From: Patescibacteria group bacterium
GTDB taxonomy: Bacteria; Patescibacteriota; Patescibacteriia; UBA9934
Direction: 5' to 3'
DNA length: 64,000 nucleotides
Assembly: GCA_041660165.1 (NCBI GenBank)
Contig: JBAZWW010000001.1
Location: forward strand, 105,035 to 169,034
Positions 25,795 through 37,900 of this stretch are shown one piece after another. The notes beneath the pieces were generated by a model. It searched no databases and was not told the DNA's origin. It was given only the letters and a program-made list of their open reading frames with translations. The position numbers were made by a program, and so were the translations under genes. Within the stretch, counting starts at the first letter, position 1; each line of letters starts with the position of its first letter.

Positions 25795-26670
25795 ATGAAA
25801 TTTATAGACACTCACTGTCACGTTCACTTCCAGGCCTACAAGGATGACATGGATGAGGTTGTTAAACGCTCGCTTGGAAAAGGCGTGGGCATGATTACGG
25901 TTGGGACGCAATCGACCACGAGTAAGAACGGCATCGCACTCGCCGAAAGGTATGACGGCGTGTGGTGTACCATCGGTCTCCACCCGAACCACCTGCATGC
26001 GCAAGAATTCCTCGATGAGGATGAGCTACCGGCTTTAGACCCCGACGCCAGGAGGGGCCTAGAGGTGGTTGCTACGAAAATCAAAACTCGCGCTGAAAAA
26101 TTTGACGCCGAGTATTACAAACCGCTCGTGACTCATCCGAAGGTTGTAGCTATCGGCGAGTTTGGACTCGACTATTTCCGCGTTCCGCCGAGCGTGAACC
26201 TTGAACAATTAAAATTCGATCAAGCCAGTGCTGTGCGCGAGCAGTTGCGCTTTGCCTCGCAATTCAACAAACCGATTGTTATCCATTGCCGTGACGCCCA
26301 CGCTGATCAGTGGCAACTGCTGAAGGAGGAAATTGACAGAGGTGGGATCGCCAAGAGGGGAGTAATCCACTGCTTCACGGGTACCGCCGAGGAAGCCTCG
26401 AAATATCGAGAGCTCGGTTTCCTTGTGTCATTTACCGGCATCGTTACCTTTGGCAAAAATGTTATGGCCACGGCCCGTGAGGTCCCGCTTGACCAAATCC
26501 TGATTGAAACTGATTCGCCATATCTCACCCCAGCGCCGAACAGAGGCAAGAGAAATGAACCGAGCAATGTGGTCTATGTTGCCGAGACGATTGCCAAGCT
26601 GAAGGGAATCTCAGTGGACGAGGTGGCGCGAGTAACGACGGAGAATGCGATGAAGCTTTTCGGGCTGTAG
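25795..26670 (+). CDS. tatD: TatD-family metal-dependent hydrolase
   Basis: FIDTHCHVHF metal-binding start and a conserved ...IETDSPYL block. The start is trimmed to MKFIDTHCH. Confidence 0.85.
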   Translation: MKFIDTHCHVHFQAYKDDMDEVVKRSLGKGVGMITVGTQSTTSKNGIALAERYDGVWCTIGLHPNHLHAQEFLDEDELPALDPDARRGLEVVATKIKTRAEKFDAEYYKPLVTHPKVVAIGEFGLDYFRVPPSVNLEQLKFDQASAVREQLRFASQFNKPIVIHCRDAHADQWQLLKEEIDRGGIAKRGVIHCFTGTAEEASKYRELGFLVSFTGIVTFGKNVMATAREVPLDQILIETDSPYLTPAPNRGKRNEPSNVVYVAETIAKLKGISVDEVARVTTENAMKLFGL

Positions 26671-26682
26671 AAGAATATATAA

Positions 26683-26716
26683 AACACTGATTATATAAGA
26701 TACTTATATAATTTCC
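26683..26716. promoter_or_regulatory. Second copy of the conserved AT-rich palindrome block (TTATATAAG-ata-CTTATATAA)
   Basis: Near-identical to 6442-6474, including flanks ACACT.ATTATATAAGA.ACTTATATAATTTC. Confidence 0.4.
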
Positions 26717-26744
26717 GCTCTCCTATTGTTTCCTCCCCAAAATC

Positions 26745-26795
26745 AGAAACCGCCCAGCACGTAGGACCTGGACGGTTCCTGTTGTGCGCGGGCGG
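26745..26795 (-). terminator. Terminator of the 26796..27323 gene
   Basis: Minus-strand CCGCCCGCGCAC...GTGCTGGGCGG followed by TTTCTGATTTTGGGG. Confidence 0.5.
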
Positions 26796-27323
26796 TTAGT
26801 CGTCCACGCAGCTGTGCTCGTCCCAATGTTCGTTGCAGAGCGCAACCAGCTCGGGGCAGGTTTCACGCAACGTTTCGCTGTCATACTTCCGCATGACGTT
26901 CACGATCAGATCGAGGCGTTCGCCGTAGGAAGCGATCGCGGACTCCTCCGAAACCTCTTCCGTGAGGAGAAGCTTCAGGAGCCCTAGAGCGGCGTTTTCA
27001 TGGAGCAACGCTGTTACGGCGGAGGCTGACTGGCCTAGTATCAGGCCGTTGATCTCGGCCATTCTGCCACTGATGTGCTCCAGGATCTCCGTCCTCTCGT
27101 CTTTTTCATCGCGGTCGTATTTACCGCTAACTCTCTGAGCCGCGGAGAGGGAGAGGACGCCCATGAGCAAGCTCCCCACGAGGAGGGGGAAATTGGCCGT
27201 CTGGTGTTCCTTTCTGAGGAGATCCAACTCGCTCGCAAACAGCAGGGCATTGAAGGCCAGTGAGAACAACAGCGCCATGAGTATGAGGCCATCAAGTTCG
27301 TTCGGTGGCTCGTCATCAACCAT
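26796..27323 (-). CDS. Hypothetical membrane protein, GC-rich (~57%)
   Basis: Start at MVDDEPPNEL. Two or three hydrophobic helices, then an acidic cytoplasmic part ending CNEHWDEHSCVDD. Confidence 0.45.
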   Translation of the reverse strand: MVDDEPPNELDGLILMALLFSLAFNALLFASELDLLRKEHQTANFPLLVGSLLMGVLSLSAAQRVSGKYDRDEKDERTEILEHISGRMAEINGLILGQSASAVTALLHENAALGLLKLLLTEEVSEESAIASYGERLDLIVNVMRKYDSETLRETCPELVALCNEHWDEHSCVDD

Positions 27324-27514
27324 CACGCACCTCAGTGAAAATGTGAATTGAAACGGGCTCCAGCATAGCCCTTTTCCCACAAAAAGTCAACCCCGCCAAC
27401 CTGAAAAAGCAAGCAGAAAATGAGCACGAGATCACATAAGACACAGATTACATTAGCAACCCTGTGCGTATTCCTTGACCTATTTTCCGCTCGCCCGTAT
27501 ACTACTGGCGTTTT

Positions 27515-27769
27515 ATGGCAGGGGATGATGTGCGGAAATATTACGTATTCGCGGCCAAGGCGGCGGGAGACATTCTGGCGACCATTTTGGTTCCAGGATT
27601 CCTGGTCCTTGTCCTCAAGTATGCGTTCCACCTTCCGTACAGCATTTTCCTTGGCCTGCTTATCGTGGCGCTAATTTTCACCGCCATGGTGCTCTGGAAA
27701 AAGATTACTGACTATGGCCGAGCGTACGACCAACTTAACGAAAGTGAGCTTCGCCGCCCTGGCAGCTGA
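27515..27769 (+). CDS. Small two-TM protein, AtpZ/AtpI-like ATP-synthase-associated
   Basis: It sits immediately upstream of atpB, overlapping it by 56 nt. Confidence 0.4.
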   Translation: MAGDDVRKYYVFAAKAAGDILATILVPGFLVLVLKYAFHLPYSIFLGLLIVALIFTAMVLWKKITDYGRAYDQLNESELRRPGS

Positions 27770-28553
27770 ACCATTGTTTCGTCTTGGTCATTTCACGGTA
27801 ACGAATTCATTGCTGAACGCTTGGATAGCGGTCGGCATTTTTGTTGTCTTTGCGTTTATTGCTTCCCGCCGAAAGTCCATTGTTCCTCATGGCATTCATA
27901 ATGCGATTGAGGCTTTGTTTGAGGGCATGCTGGGCGAGGTTCAGAAGGTGACCGGCGACCGTAAGCGCGCCATGGCCTTCTTTCCCATTTTTGCCACCTT
28001 GTTTTTATACATTCTGGTTAATAATTGGATGGGACTCATTCCGGGGACCGGCACCATAGGCCTCAGCGGTGAAGAGTTTATTCCGCTTTTCCGTCCGGCG
28101 GCTGCGGATCTGAACTTCACGCTGGCGATTGCTGTTTTCTCCGTTGTTCTGGTTCAGTTGGTAGGTATCAGGGCCACCGGGTTTATGAATTACGTCAGCA
28201 AGTTCATAAACATTCGGGGAATTATTTGGGCAATTCCCAAAGGCCCAATGGCGATAGTAATTGCGATCATTGAATTTTTTGTTGGCCTCATTGAAATCGT
28301 CAGTGAGGTGGCGAAAGTGGTTTCACTATCGCTTCGGTTGTTCGGTAATGTTTTTGCCGGTGAAATTTTGATCAGCGTCATGCTATCGCTCTTTGCCTTC
28401 ATCTTGCCGGTGCCGTTTATGTTCCTTGAGGTCTTGGTTGGCCTTATCCAAGCCACAGTTTTTGCTATGCTGGTTTTGGTCTTCCTAACAGTGGCCACGG
28501 ACTCGCATGGGCATGATGATGGGGCCGAGCATGGGATTGAGCCCAGTCATTGA
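27714..28553 (+). CDS. atpB: F0F1 ATP synthase subunit a
   Basis: LSLRLFGNVFAGEIL region and the conserved Arg helix. Confidence 0.85.
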   Translation: MAERTTNLTKVSFAALAAEPLFRLGHFTVTNSLLNAWIAVGIFVVFAFIASRRKSIVPHGIHNAIEALFEGMLGEVQKVTGDRKRAMAFFPIFATLFLYILVNNWMGLIPGTGTIGLSGEEFIPLFRPAAADLNFTLAIAVFSVVLVQLVGIRATGFMNYVSKFINIRGIIWAIPKGPMAIVIAIIEFFVGLIEIVSEVAKVVSLSLRLFGNVFAGEILISVMLSLFAFILPVPFMFLEVLVGLIQATVFAMLVLVFLTVATDSHGHDDGAEHGIEPSH

Positions 28554-28561
28554 GCAGGGGA

Positions 28562-28589
28562 GGGTTGCGGGTTGCGGGTTGCAGGTTAG
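28562..28589. repeat. Tandem heptamer (GGGTTGC)x3 + AGGTTAG
   Basis: Seen directly in the sequence after the atpB stop. Confidence 0.5.
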
Positions 28590-28620
28590 GGAGGCCTAAT
28601 CTATAACGCGGAACGTATAA

Positions 28621-28857
<237 letters not shown>

Positions 28858-28877
28858 CCACCAGGTAATAGGTTTCT

Positions 28878-28955
28878 TTTCCCATCCTGAGCGAGAGCGA
28901 AGGATCCGACTTTCACCTGTGAGGGTCGGACCCCTCGCATAGCTCGGGGTGGGAA
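28878..28955. repeat. Dispersed repeat, copy H
   Basis: TTCCCATCCTGAGCGAGAGCGAAGGATCCGACTTTCACCTGTGAGGGTCGGACCCCTCGCATAGCTCGGGGTGGGAATG. Confidence 0.6.
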
Positions 28956-28988
28956 TGAGATGATACTCGAAAACAGATTTTTCAAACT

Positions 28989-29513
28989 ATGGCAGAAACT
29001 CAAACAGCAAGCGGAATAGCTGGCGTTATCCAGACATTTAATGTCCGCGGGGATCTTTTTCTGGGCCAACTGACAGGTTTTCTCATTGTCCTGGCGGTCA
29101 TGTGGCTCTTTGCGTATAAGCCCGTACTGAAAATGTTGAACGATCGCGAGGCTCGTATTGCTAAGAGCCTGAAGGACGCCGAAGAGATTGAAAAAAGAAT
29201 GGTCGAGGCTGAAAAAGAACGCGCTGTCATGGTTGCCTCTGCGCAGAAAGAAGCACAGGCCATGCTCGTCAAGGCCGCGGCCGATACTGAAGCTCGGAAA
29301 ACAGAAATGGTTGAAGCCGCTAAGCGCGAAGTAGAGCGCGTCATTCAGAAAGGGAAGGAGAAACTGCAGGAAGAGCATTCGGCTATGCTGATTGAGGCCA
29401 GGAAGGACCTCGTCGAAATTGCTGTGAAAGCTGCAGCGAAGATCCTCTCAACGGGTCTTGACGAAAAGAAGTCCTCATCTCTTGCCGAAGAGGTAGTGCG
29501 CAAGCTCACCTAA
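28989..29513 (+). CDS. atpF: F0F1 ATP synthase subunit b
   Basis: N-terminal TM segment plus a long charged helix, in the expected operon position. Confidence 0.8.
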   Translation: MAETQTASGIAGVIQTFNVRGDLFLGQLTGFLIVLAVMWLFAYKPVLKMLNDREARIAKSLKDAEEIEKRMVEAEKERAVMVASAQKEAQAMLVKAAADTEARKTEMVEAAKREVERVIQKGKEKLQEEHSAMLIEARKDLVEIAVKAAAKILSTGLDEKKSSSLAEEVVRKLT

Positions 29514-29514
29514 T

Positions 29515-29907
29515 ATGAAGAAGAGCTTAAAACCACTTGCGGAAGCAATAGTCGAGCATCTCCACGGCAGAACTCGAAAAGAAATTGATAAAGAAATGGA
29601 CCTAGTCATCAAGTTCCTGGCCGATAAGAAATTACTTGGTCGAGTAAGAGATCTGGAAAAAGAAATTGGCGAGGCCTGGAAAGCAAAATTCGGTGCCTCA
29701 AAGGTCACGATTGTCTCCGCTCATCCGCTAACGAAGAAAGCCAGGTTAGAGATCGAGGAATTTGCTAAGGGCGCGGAGCTGGTTGAGCGAGTGGACGAAC
29801 GATTGATGGGCGGGGCGGTTATCCGAGCAGACGAGAGAAGGATCGACGGATCTTTAATCGGATCACTCCAACGCCTTAAGAATGCTCTTCTCAGAAATGA
29901 TGTGTAA
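29515..29907 (+). CDS. atpH: F0F1 ATP synthase subunit delta (short, 130 aa)
   Basis: Operon position between atpF and atpA. The C-terminal GGAVIRADERRIDGSLIGSLQRL is an OSCP-like block. Confidence 0.6.
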   Translation: MKKSLKPLAEAIVEHLHGRTRKEIDKEMDLVIKFLADKKLLGRVRDLEKEIGEAWKAKFGASKVTIVSAHPLTKKARLEIEEFAKGAELVERVDERLMGGAVIRADERRIDGSLIGSLQRLKNALLRNDV

Positions 29908-29950
29908 AATCTGTCGCACCTTGTAATCCGTGTAAATTGTTTTCAAAAAT

Positions 29951-31459
29951 ATGGCTAAAAAAATGGATATAATTGAATCGCTCCGAGCGCAACTTGACGC
30001 CTTCTCAGCTGGCGCAGAAGTTGAACGCGTCGGCACTGTTGCCTCTGTTGGTGACGGCACCGCCCGTATGACCGGACTCTCAAACGCGATGAGCCAAGAA
30101 ATGTTGGACTTCGGTTCCGGCGTGATTGGTATTGCGCTAAACCTTGAAGAGCAGAGTACGGGCGCGATTCTTCTTTCTGGAGCCTCGACGGTTAAGGCGG
30201 GGGACACAGTGCGAGCCACGGGCAAGATTCTTTCAATTCCCGTTGGCGATGGCATCATCGGACGAGTCGTTGACTCTCTCGGCCAGCCCGTTGATGGCAA
30301 GGGCCCGATCGCTGATACAACGTTCGTCTCTGTTGAGAAAGTTGCTCCAGGCGTGATGACTCGCAAGTCAGTTGGCGTGCCATTGCAGACGGGCATCAAA
30401 GCGATCGACGCTCTAATCCCTATCGGCCGGGGCCAGCGCGAACTTATTATTGGCGATCGTCAGACGGGAAAAACAGCGATTGCGATTGATACCATTTTGA
30501 ACCAAGCCGGACAGAACGTGAAGTGTGTGTACGTTGCCATTGGTCAGAAAGAGTCGAAGGTGGCGCAGATCCGCGCCAGACTCGAGAAGGCAGGGGCGAT
30601 GGATTATACGACTATTGTGCTTGCCGGCGCGTCTGACCAGGCCGCCATGTTGTATATTGCGCCGTACACGGGCTGTGCCATTGCCGAATATTTCATGGCC
30701 AAGGGCGAAGATGTTTTGATCGTGTACGATGATCTTTCCAAGCATGCCTGGGCGTATCGTGAGATCTCGCTCTTGCTCCGCCGTCCGCCGGGACGCGAGG
30801 CCTATCCGGGAGACGTTTTCTACCTGCACTCCCGTTTGCTCGAGCGTTCTGCTCGTTTGAACGAAGAGAACGGCGGGGGATCGATCACCGCGCTTCCTAT
30901 CATCGAAACTCAAGGCGGAGACGTGGCGGCCTACATTCCAACGAACGTGATTTCGATTACCGATGGCCAGATTTATCTTGAATCCGATTTGTTTTACCGG
31001 GGACAGCGCCCAGCACTGAACGTCGGTCTCTCAGTTTCCCGCGTAGGCTCCGCCGCTCAGACCAAGGCGATGAAGAACGTGGCCAAGTCGCTCAAAGTTG
31101 ACCTGGCGCAGTTCCGTGAGCTTGAAGCGTTCGCACAGTTTGCGACAGATCTTGACGAAGCCACGAAGAAACAAATCGAACGCGGACGCCGGGCTATGGA
31201 GCTCATGAAACAGAAGCAATATTCGCCGATGCACTTTGCAGACCAGTCGATTGTTATCTTCGCACTGAATAACGGGTATCTCGACACCATTCCCGTAGCC
31301 GACGTCCTGCGGTTTGAGTCCGAATTACTCGAACTCATGCACGGCGTAGGCGCGGATCTTTTGAAGGCGATTGTTGAAAGCAAGGAAGTGACCGCTGAGT
31401 CAAAGGCGGAACTTGAGAAAATGCTGAAGACGTTTGTGGCGGGGTTCACCAAGGGATAA
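29951..31459 (+). CDS. atpA: F0F1 ATP synthase subunit alpha
   Basis: [13 protein letters not shown] Walker A, and a DDLSKHA motif. Confidence 0.95.
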   Translation: MAKKMDIIESLRAQLDAFSAGAEVERVGTVASVGDGTARMTGLSNAMSQEMLDFGSGVIGIALNLEEQSTGAILLSGASTVKAGDTVRATGKILSIPVGDGIIGRVVDSLGQPVDGKGPIADTTFVSVEKVAPGVMTRKSVGVPLQTGIKAIDALIPIGRGQRELIIGDRQTGKTAIAIDTILNQAGQNVKCVYVAIGQKESKVAQIRARLEKAGAMDYTTIVLAGASDQAAMLYIAPYTGCAIAEYFMAKGEDVLIVYDDLSKHAWAYREISLLLRRPPGREAYPGDVFYLHSRLLERSARLNEENGGGSITALPIIETQGGDVAAYIPTNVISITDGQIYLESDLFYRGQRPALNVGLSVSRVGSAAQTKAMKNVAKSLKVDLAQFRELEAFAQFATDLDEATKKQIERGRRAMELMKQKQYSPMHFADQSIVIFALNNGYLDTIPVADVLRFESELLELMHGVGADLLKAIVESKEVTAESKAELEKMLKTFVAGFTKG

Positions 31460-31475
31460 CATCTTGACATGACTG

Positions 31476-31562
31476 TTCCCATCCCGAGCAATGCGAGGGA
31501 TCCGACTTTCTCCTGTGATAGTGGAGAGGGCCGGACCCTTCGCTCTCGCTCAGGGTGGGAAG
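31476..31562. repeat. Dispersed repeat, copy I
   Basis: TTCCCATCCCGAGCAATGCGAGGGATCCGACTTTCTCCTGTGATAGTGGAGAGGGCCGGACCCTTCGCTCTCGCTCAGGGTGGGAAG. Confidence 0.6.
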
Positions 31563-31590
31563 TGATACGAAGCACGAGCATCGCAACCAT

Positions 31591-32466
31591 ATGGCTCAAT
31601 CAAAAAAACTCATCAAGCTTCGCATCAAGTCGGTGCGCAACACTCGCAAAATTACCAAGGCGATGGAGCTTGTGGCTGCTTCAAAAATGCGCCGGGCGGT
31701 GGCTTCTGCTTTGCGCACTCGGTCATATGCGGATTCGGCGTTTGAGGCCATTCGTTCCGCGGCTGAGCAGGCGCCGGAAAACGTACAGAGCGTGCTCTTG
31801 CACGGCAACCCCAAGGCCAAGCGCTCGCTTGTGGTTCTGTTCTCAAGTGATCGAGGCCTGGCTGGCGGGCTGAACGTAAACCTGGCGCGGGCCGCGATTG
31901 AGAAAATCCGCGGACTAGGCGCCGGCGAGGTAGACGTGATCGGCGTGGGTAAGAAGGGCGCGGATGCGGTTGAGAGGGCGGGCATCAAAGTCATTGCTCG
32001 CTTCCCAGCGCTTTCAAACAATCCGGTCTATACCGATCTTCTTCCTACCGCCCGTTTAGCCCTCGACGAGTTCATGAAGGGAACGTACAAGACGGTCACG
32101 ATTGGCTATACGCATTTTGTCTCCGGTATTTCCCAGCGCCCAACTCTAAAAGATTTTCTCCCCTTTGCCTTTGAAGCCAAGTCCGGCAAAGCCGGATCCG
32201 GCTCTGCCGGAAATTTACGTTTTGAGCCTTCGCCCCATGAAGTCTTTGAACGGATGCTTCCCGCGGTTGCCAGAACAATGCTTTATCAGTCCTTGCTAGA
32301 GTCTGTAGCAAGCGAACACGCGGCCCGCATGCTCGCCATGAGAAACGCCTCAGACTCCGCTCTGGAAATGCTCGACAGCCTCACGTTCACCTATAACCAA
32401 GCCCGACAGGCAGGCATCACGCAAGAAATTGCAGAAATCAGTTCGGGTAAAGCAGCACTTGAATGA
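31591..32466 (+). CDS. atpG: F0F1 ATP synthase subunit gamma
   Basis: MAQSKKLIKLRIKSVRNTRKITKAMELVAASKMRRA N-terminus. The start is trimmed past the upstream repeat. Confidence 0.9.
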   Translation: MAQSKKLIKLRIKSVRNTRKITKAMELVAASKMRRAVASALRTRSYADSAFEAIRSAAEQAPENVQSVLLHGNPKAKRSLVVLFSSDRGLAGGLNVNLARAAIEKIRGLGAGEVDVIGVGKKGADAVERAGIKVIARFPALSNNPVYTDLLPTARLALDEFMKGTYKTVTIGYTHFVSGISQRPTLKDFLPFAFEAKSGKAGSGSAGNLRFEPSPHEVFERMLPAVARTMLYQSLLESVASEHAARMLAMRNASDSALEMLDSLTFTYNQARQAGITQEIAEISSGKAALE

Positions 32467-32477
32467 GGCTAGAATTA

Positions 32478-32574
32478 TTCCCATCCCGAGCAAAGCGAGG
32501 GATAGCAAGGAGGCCATTGGCTCACGACAAGTCTCAGTAAACCAATTCTATCCCTCCTCACGTCGGGATGGGAA
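32478..32574. repeat. Dispersed repeat, copy J
   Basis: TTCCCATCCCGAGCAAAGCGAGGGATAGC...CTATCCCTCCTCACGTCGGGATGGGAACC. Confidence 0.65.
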
Positions 32575-32595
32575 CCAAACACCATCCATCACTAA

Positions 32596-33966
<1,371 letters not shown>

Positions 33967-34054
33967 TCAGGTTTCAGGTGTCAGGTATCAGGTTATTGAA
34001 TGGATTCTTCAAAGAATTTAGTCCTCAACCTGACACCTGAAACCTGACACCTGA
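33967..34054. repeat. Long inverted repeat between atpD and atpC
   Basis: TCAGGTTTCAGGTGTCAGGTATCAGGTT ... AACCTGACACCTGAAACCTGACACCTGA gives a stem of about 25-28 bp. Confidence 0.55.
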
Positions 34055-34060
34055 TGGAAT

Positions 34061-34492
34061 ATGTTGAAATACAAACTCATCACTCCCGACCGTATAGTTT
34101 CCGAAGGCGAGACCAGCTCGCTCACGGTCATGACGGAAAGCGGAGAGATCACCATTCTGCCCGGCCACATCCCGCTGGCTACGCTTTTGCGCGCCGGTGA
34201 AATGCGCGTAGGCTCAGGCGCAAAGGAGGAATTACTCGCCGTGTCTGGCGGAATGCTCGAAGTAAAACCGGGGAATGAGATTGTAATTCTCGCTGAAACT
34301 GCCGAGCATTCGCATGAGCTCGAACTCGCAGCGATTGAGGAAGCCAAGAAGCGCGCAGAAGACGCGCTTAAGGAAGCTCGAAATAGAAACGACGTTGGTT
34401 ACGCAGACGCCGCCGCCCACCTTGAAAGAGAACTGGCGAGGTATCGAGTAGCGATGAAAGGAAAGGGGAGACAACCGAAAGGGAGGGTCTAA
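34061..34492 (+). CDS. atpC: F0F1 ATP synthase subunit epsilon
   Basis: Operon position and an N-terminal beta-sandwich-like sequence. Confidence 0.85.
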   Translation: MLKYKLITPDRIVSEGETSSLTVMTESGEITILPGHIPLATLLRAGEMRVGSGAKEELLAVSGGMLEVKPGNEIVILAETAEHSHELELAAIEEAKKRAEDALKEARNRNDVGYADAAAHLERELARYRVAMKGKGRQPKGRV

Positions 34493-34514
34493 GACCCTCC
34501 CTAACAATGCAGAG

Positions 34515-34550
34515 AGCCCTCCTGCGCGATCCGCAAGGGGGCTCTTTCGA
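34515..34550. terminator. Bidirectional terminator candidate
   Basis: AGAGCCCTCCTGCG...CGCAAGGGGGCTCT, between convergent atpC and the 34560 gene. Confidence 0.45.
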
Positions 34551-34559
34551 TGAGGGCGA

Positions 34560-34886
34560 TCACGTGGCGTTCGCCCGGACAAGTTCGGCCACGAGTCTTG
34601 GTTTGAGCCACGGACTCGGGGTAATGAACTTGCTGATGTCATCGGGCAAAGGATCGCGGGCGTAGTCTGACAGCGGCAGGATGCGCGATTTCCTCGGGAC
34701 GGAACCGCGTTCCTCAGCGAGCTGGACGAAGATGTCTCCAGCTTCATCTACGCCGTAGTAGACCAAGAACGTGAATTTGGCGTCCATGTCTCCAGTCAGG
34801 TCCATTGCCTTCACGGTATCCACGCACACATGATGTGCGTCGGTCATCAGTTCGGGATACATGCCCGATTCTAGCGTATCTCCCAT
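34560..34886 (-). CDS. Hypothetical 108-aa protein, GC-rich
   Basis: AGGGAGG lies 7 nt upstream of the MGDTLESG start. It is divergent from uvrD. Confidence 0.5.
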   Translation of the reverse strand: MGDTLESGMYPELMTDAHHVCVDTVKAMDLTGDMDAKFTFLVYYGVDEAGDIFVQLAEERGSVPRKSRILPLSDYARDPLPDDISKFITPSPWLKPRLVAELVRANAT

Positions 34887-34950
34887 GAAACCTCCCTTAG
34901 GCAGAGCCCGTACTGACAATATTCCTTCTTCACACTACAATAGCCCGGCT

Positions 34951-37900
34951 ATGCCTGCAAACCCGCTTCTTGAAGATTTGAACCCTGAACAGCTGATGGC
35001 CGTGACCCACGGGGAAGGCCCGCTTATGATTATTGCTGGCGCGGGGACGGGAAAAACTACTGTGGTAACTAAGCGTATCGCGTGGTTGATCGAGCAGAAA
35101 TTGGCCGAGCCGAATGAGATCCTGGCGCTGACGTTTACGGATAAGGCGGCCAACGAAATGGAGGAACGCGTTGATCGATTATTACCGATGGGCTATCTCG
35201 ATCTTAGTATTTCGACATTCCATTCGTTCTGCGAGAAAGTTCTGCGCGAGCATGGAATTCACATTGGCATCCCCTCGGACTTTAAGCTGTATACCGAGGT
35301 TGATTGCTGGCTTTTGATGCGCCGAAATATTGATAGGTTCGAGCTCGACTATTTTAAGCCGAGGGGATCACCGACCAAGTTCCTTAGACAATTGCTTCAG
35401 CATTTTTCTCGCGCCAAGGATGAGGGAATCACGCCGGAGAAGTATCTGCTCGCCGTCGAGGAACTCGAATCAGTCATCCTGAGCGATGTTGTCATCTCGA
35501 GCGGAGCGAGAGATCTGATTGGCCAATCAAATCCCTCCTCACGTCGGGATGACAATGCGGTGAGCGACGAAGATCGGCTCGAACTTCAAAAGTGGCAGGA
35601 ACTTTCAAGTGCGTACGCCATGTATGAAACGTTGCTGTCTGAAAAGCACGCCATTGATTTTGGCGGGTTATTATTGCTGACGCTCGAGTTATTCAAAACT
35701 CGGCCGAACGTACTCGAGGAGTATAAGAAGCGGTTTAAATATATTATCGTCGACGAATTCCAGGACACGAATAGCATTCAGAATGAGCTCGTCAAAATCC
35801 TTGTTCACGAGCCGAGGAACATTACTGTCGTGGGCGACGACGACCAGGCCATTTATAAGTTTCGAGGCGCCGCTCTGGCAAACATTCTTGAGTTCAGAAC
35901 AGATTTTCCTGATGCATCTCGCGTGGTGCTGACTCGCAATTACCGAAGTGGAGCAACGATCCTCGACGCCGCTCACAAACTCATCCAGACAAACAACCCG
36001 CACCGGCTCGAAGCGAGCGAGGGACTCTCGAAAAAGCTTCAATCACAAACTGAGTCTGAGGGACTTGTCCGCCATTTGCACTGCGCCACTGCCGTTGAGG
36101 AGGTTGAGCAAGTTATTAAAGAAATCATCACGAAGCACGAGAGCGGGGAAGCGGAGTGGAGCGACTTTGCGATTCTGGCCAGATCGAATGACGCCGTTGA
36201 TCCGTTCCTTGAGGCCCTTGAACGCGCCGGCGTCCCGTATCATTTCGTGGCGCTCTCGGGTTTGTACACGAAGCCGATTATTCTTGATGCCATGGCGTAC
36301 ATGCGCGCGGTCTGCGAACCGTACCACTCGCCGGCGATGTATCGAATTTTGAGCCACCCCAGGCTCGGTCTCACTGAGGGTGACTTGTCCGAGCTGATGC
36401 GCTACGTTCGCCGAAAGTCTGGCGGAGCGATTATTGACGGCATGCGTTCACTCACTCAAGCGATTGGCATGTCGCTCGACGGACGCAATCGAGCCATGCA
36501 GATTACGACTATTATTGAGCAGTTGCGTGAGAAGGCCAAACGCCTACCAGTCACCGAGCTCTTCGTCTCGGTTCTCAAAGACACCGGTTTGCTTGGCGAC
36601 TTGAAAGTTCTCGCCGAACGAGACCAGCAGGAAAACTTCCGTCATCTCGAGGGCTTCCTGGCGCGTCTTAAGCGTTATGTAATCGCGAGTCCGGACAACA
36701 AGCTCCTCCCTGGTTTTCTCGAAGAGTTTGATGCCGAACGCGAGGCAGGGGAGGCTGGCGGATTACGGCCAGACGCCGAGGAAGGGCCGGACGTGGTGAA
36801 CGTCATGACGATTCACGCCGCTAAGGGGCTTGAGTTCAAATATGTGTTTGTCGTTAACATGATCGAGCAGAGATTTCCCTCGGTCTCACGCTCCGACCAA
36901 CTACCACTCCCGCCTGCGCTTGTTCGTAAGGTTGACGCTGCACTGGACGATCATGTAGCTGAGGAACGCCGGTTATTTTATGTGGCCATGACGCGAGCGA
37001 AAGAAGGTTTGTATCTTTGCTCGGCCGAGGATTACGGAGGTACCCGAAAACGCAAGCCGTCGAGATTCCTGGCCGAGCTCGGTTATCAAGCTCCGGTAGT
37101 CGAAAAGAAAAAAACGATCACGACCGATGATCTCCTCGATGAGCGCGCCGGCGGTAGGGACGAGGATCGAGCCATCCCCTCGTTGGCGCTCCCCACGAAA
37201 TTCTCCTTTTCGCAAATCGCCGCCTTTGGCAATTGTCCTCTGCAATACAAATACGCGCACATTCTCAAGATTCCCACCTTTGGCCGGCACCAGTTTAGCT
37301 TTGGCCAGAGCATGCACTTGACCCTTGAAAAGTTTGTAAAACGACTACTCGAGGCCGAGGGCAACACGCAAGTTTCATTGTTCGGTGCACCGCCGACTGC
37401 TCCCGTGCTACCGAGCGAACGAGAACTCCTCGAAATGTATTCAGCTTCATTTATTGACGAGTGGTACCCGGATTCAGCTACTCGTGAAAAGTATCGAGAA
37501 GAGGGCGTGAAGGCACTCAAGGAGTTTCACCGAAAAGTGGCCGAGAACACACCCAAACCACTCCTTCTCGAAGCTGGCTTCACTTTGAAGATCGGCGATA
37601 TCTTGATGAAGGGTCGGATCGACAGAATTGACTCGGTTGACGGCGGTGTCGAGATCATTGACTACAAGACTGGTCGAGCGAAAGAAAAACTCGAATGGGA
37701 CGACCGCCGACAGTTGTTGCTGTACGCGCTCGCCGGCGAGCAATGTTTTAATCCTCCACTCATCGTGAAAGCACTGACATATTATTACGTAGAGACAAAC
37801 CAGACCATGAGTTTTGCGCCAACAGAAAAGGACAAAGAAAAACTACTCGATGAGATTCAAGAGACAGTTGGTGGTATTCGAACGAGCTCGTTCGAGGCCA

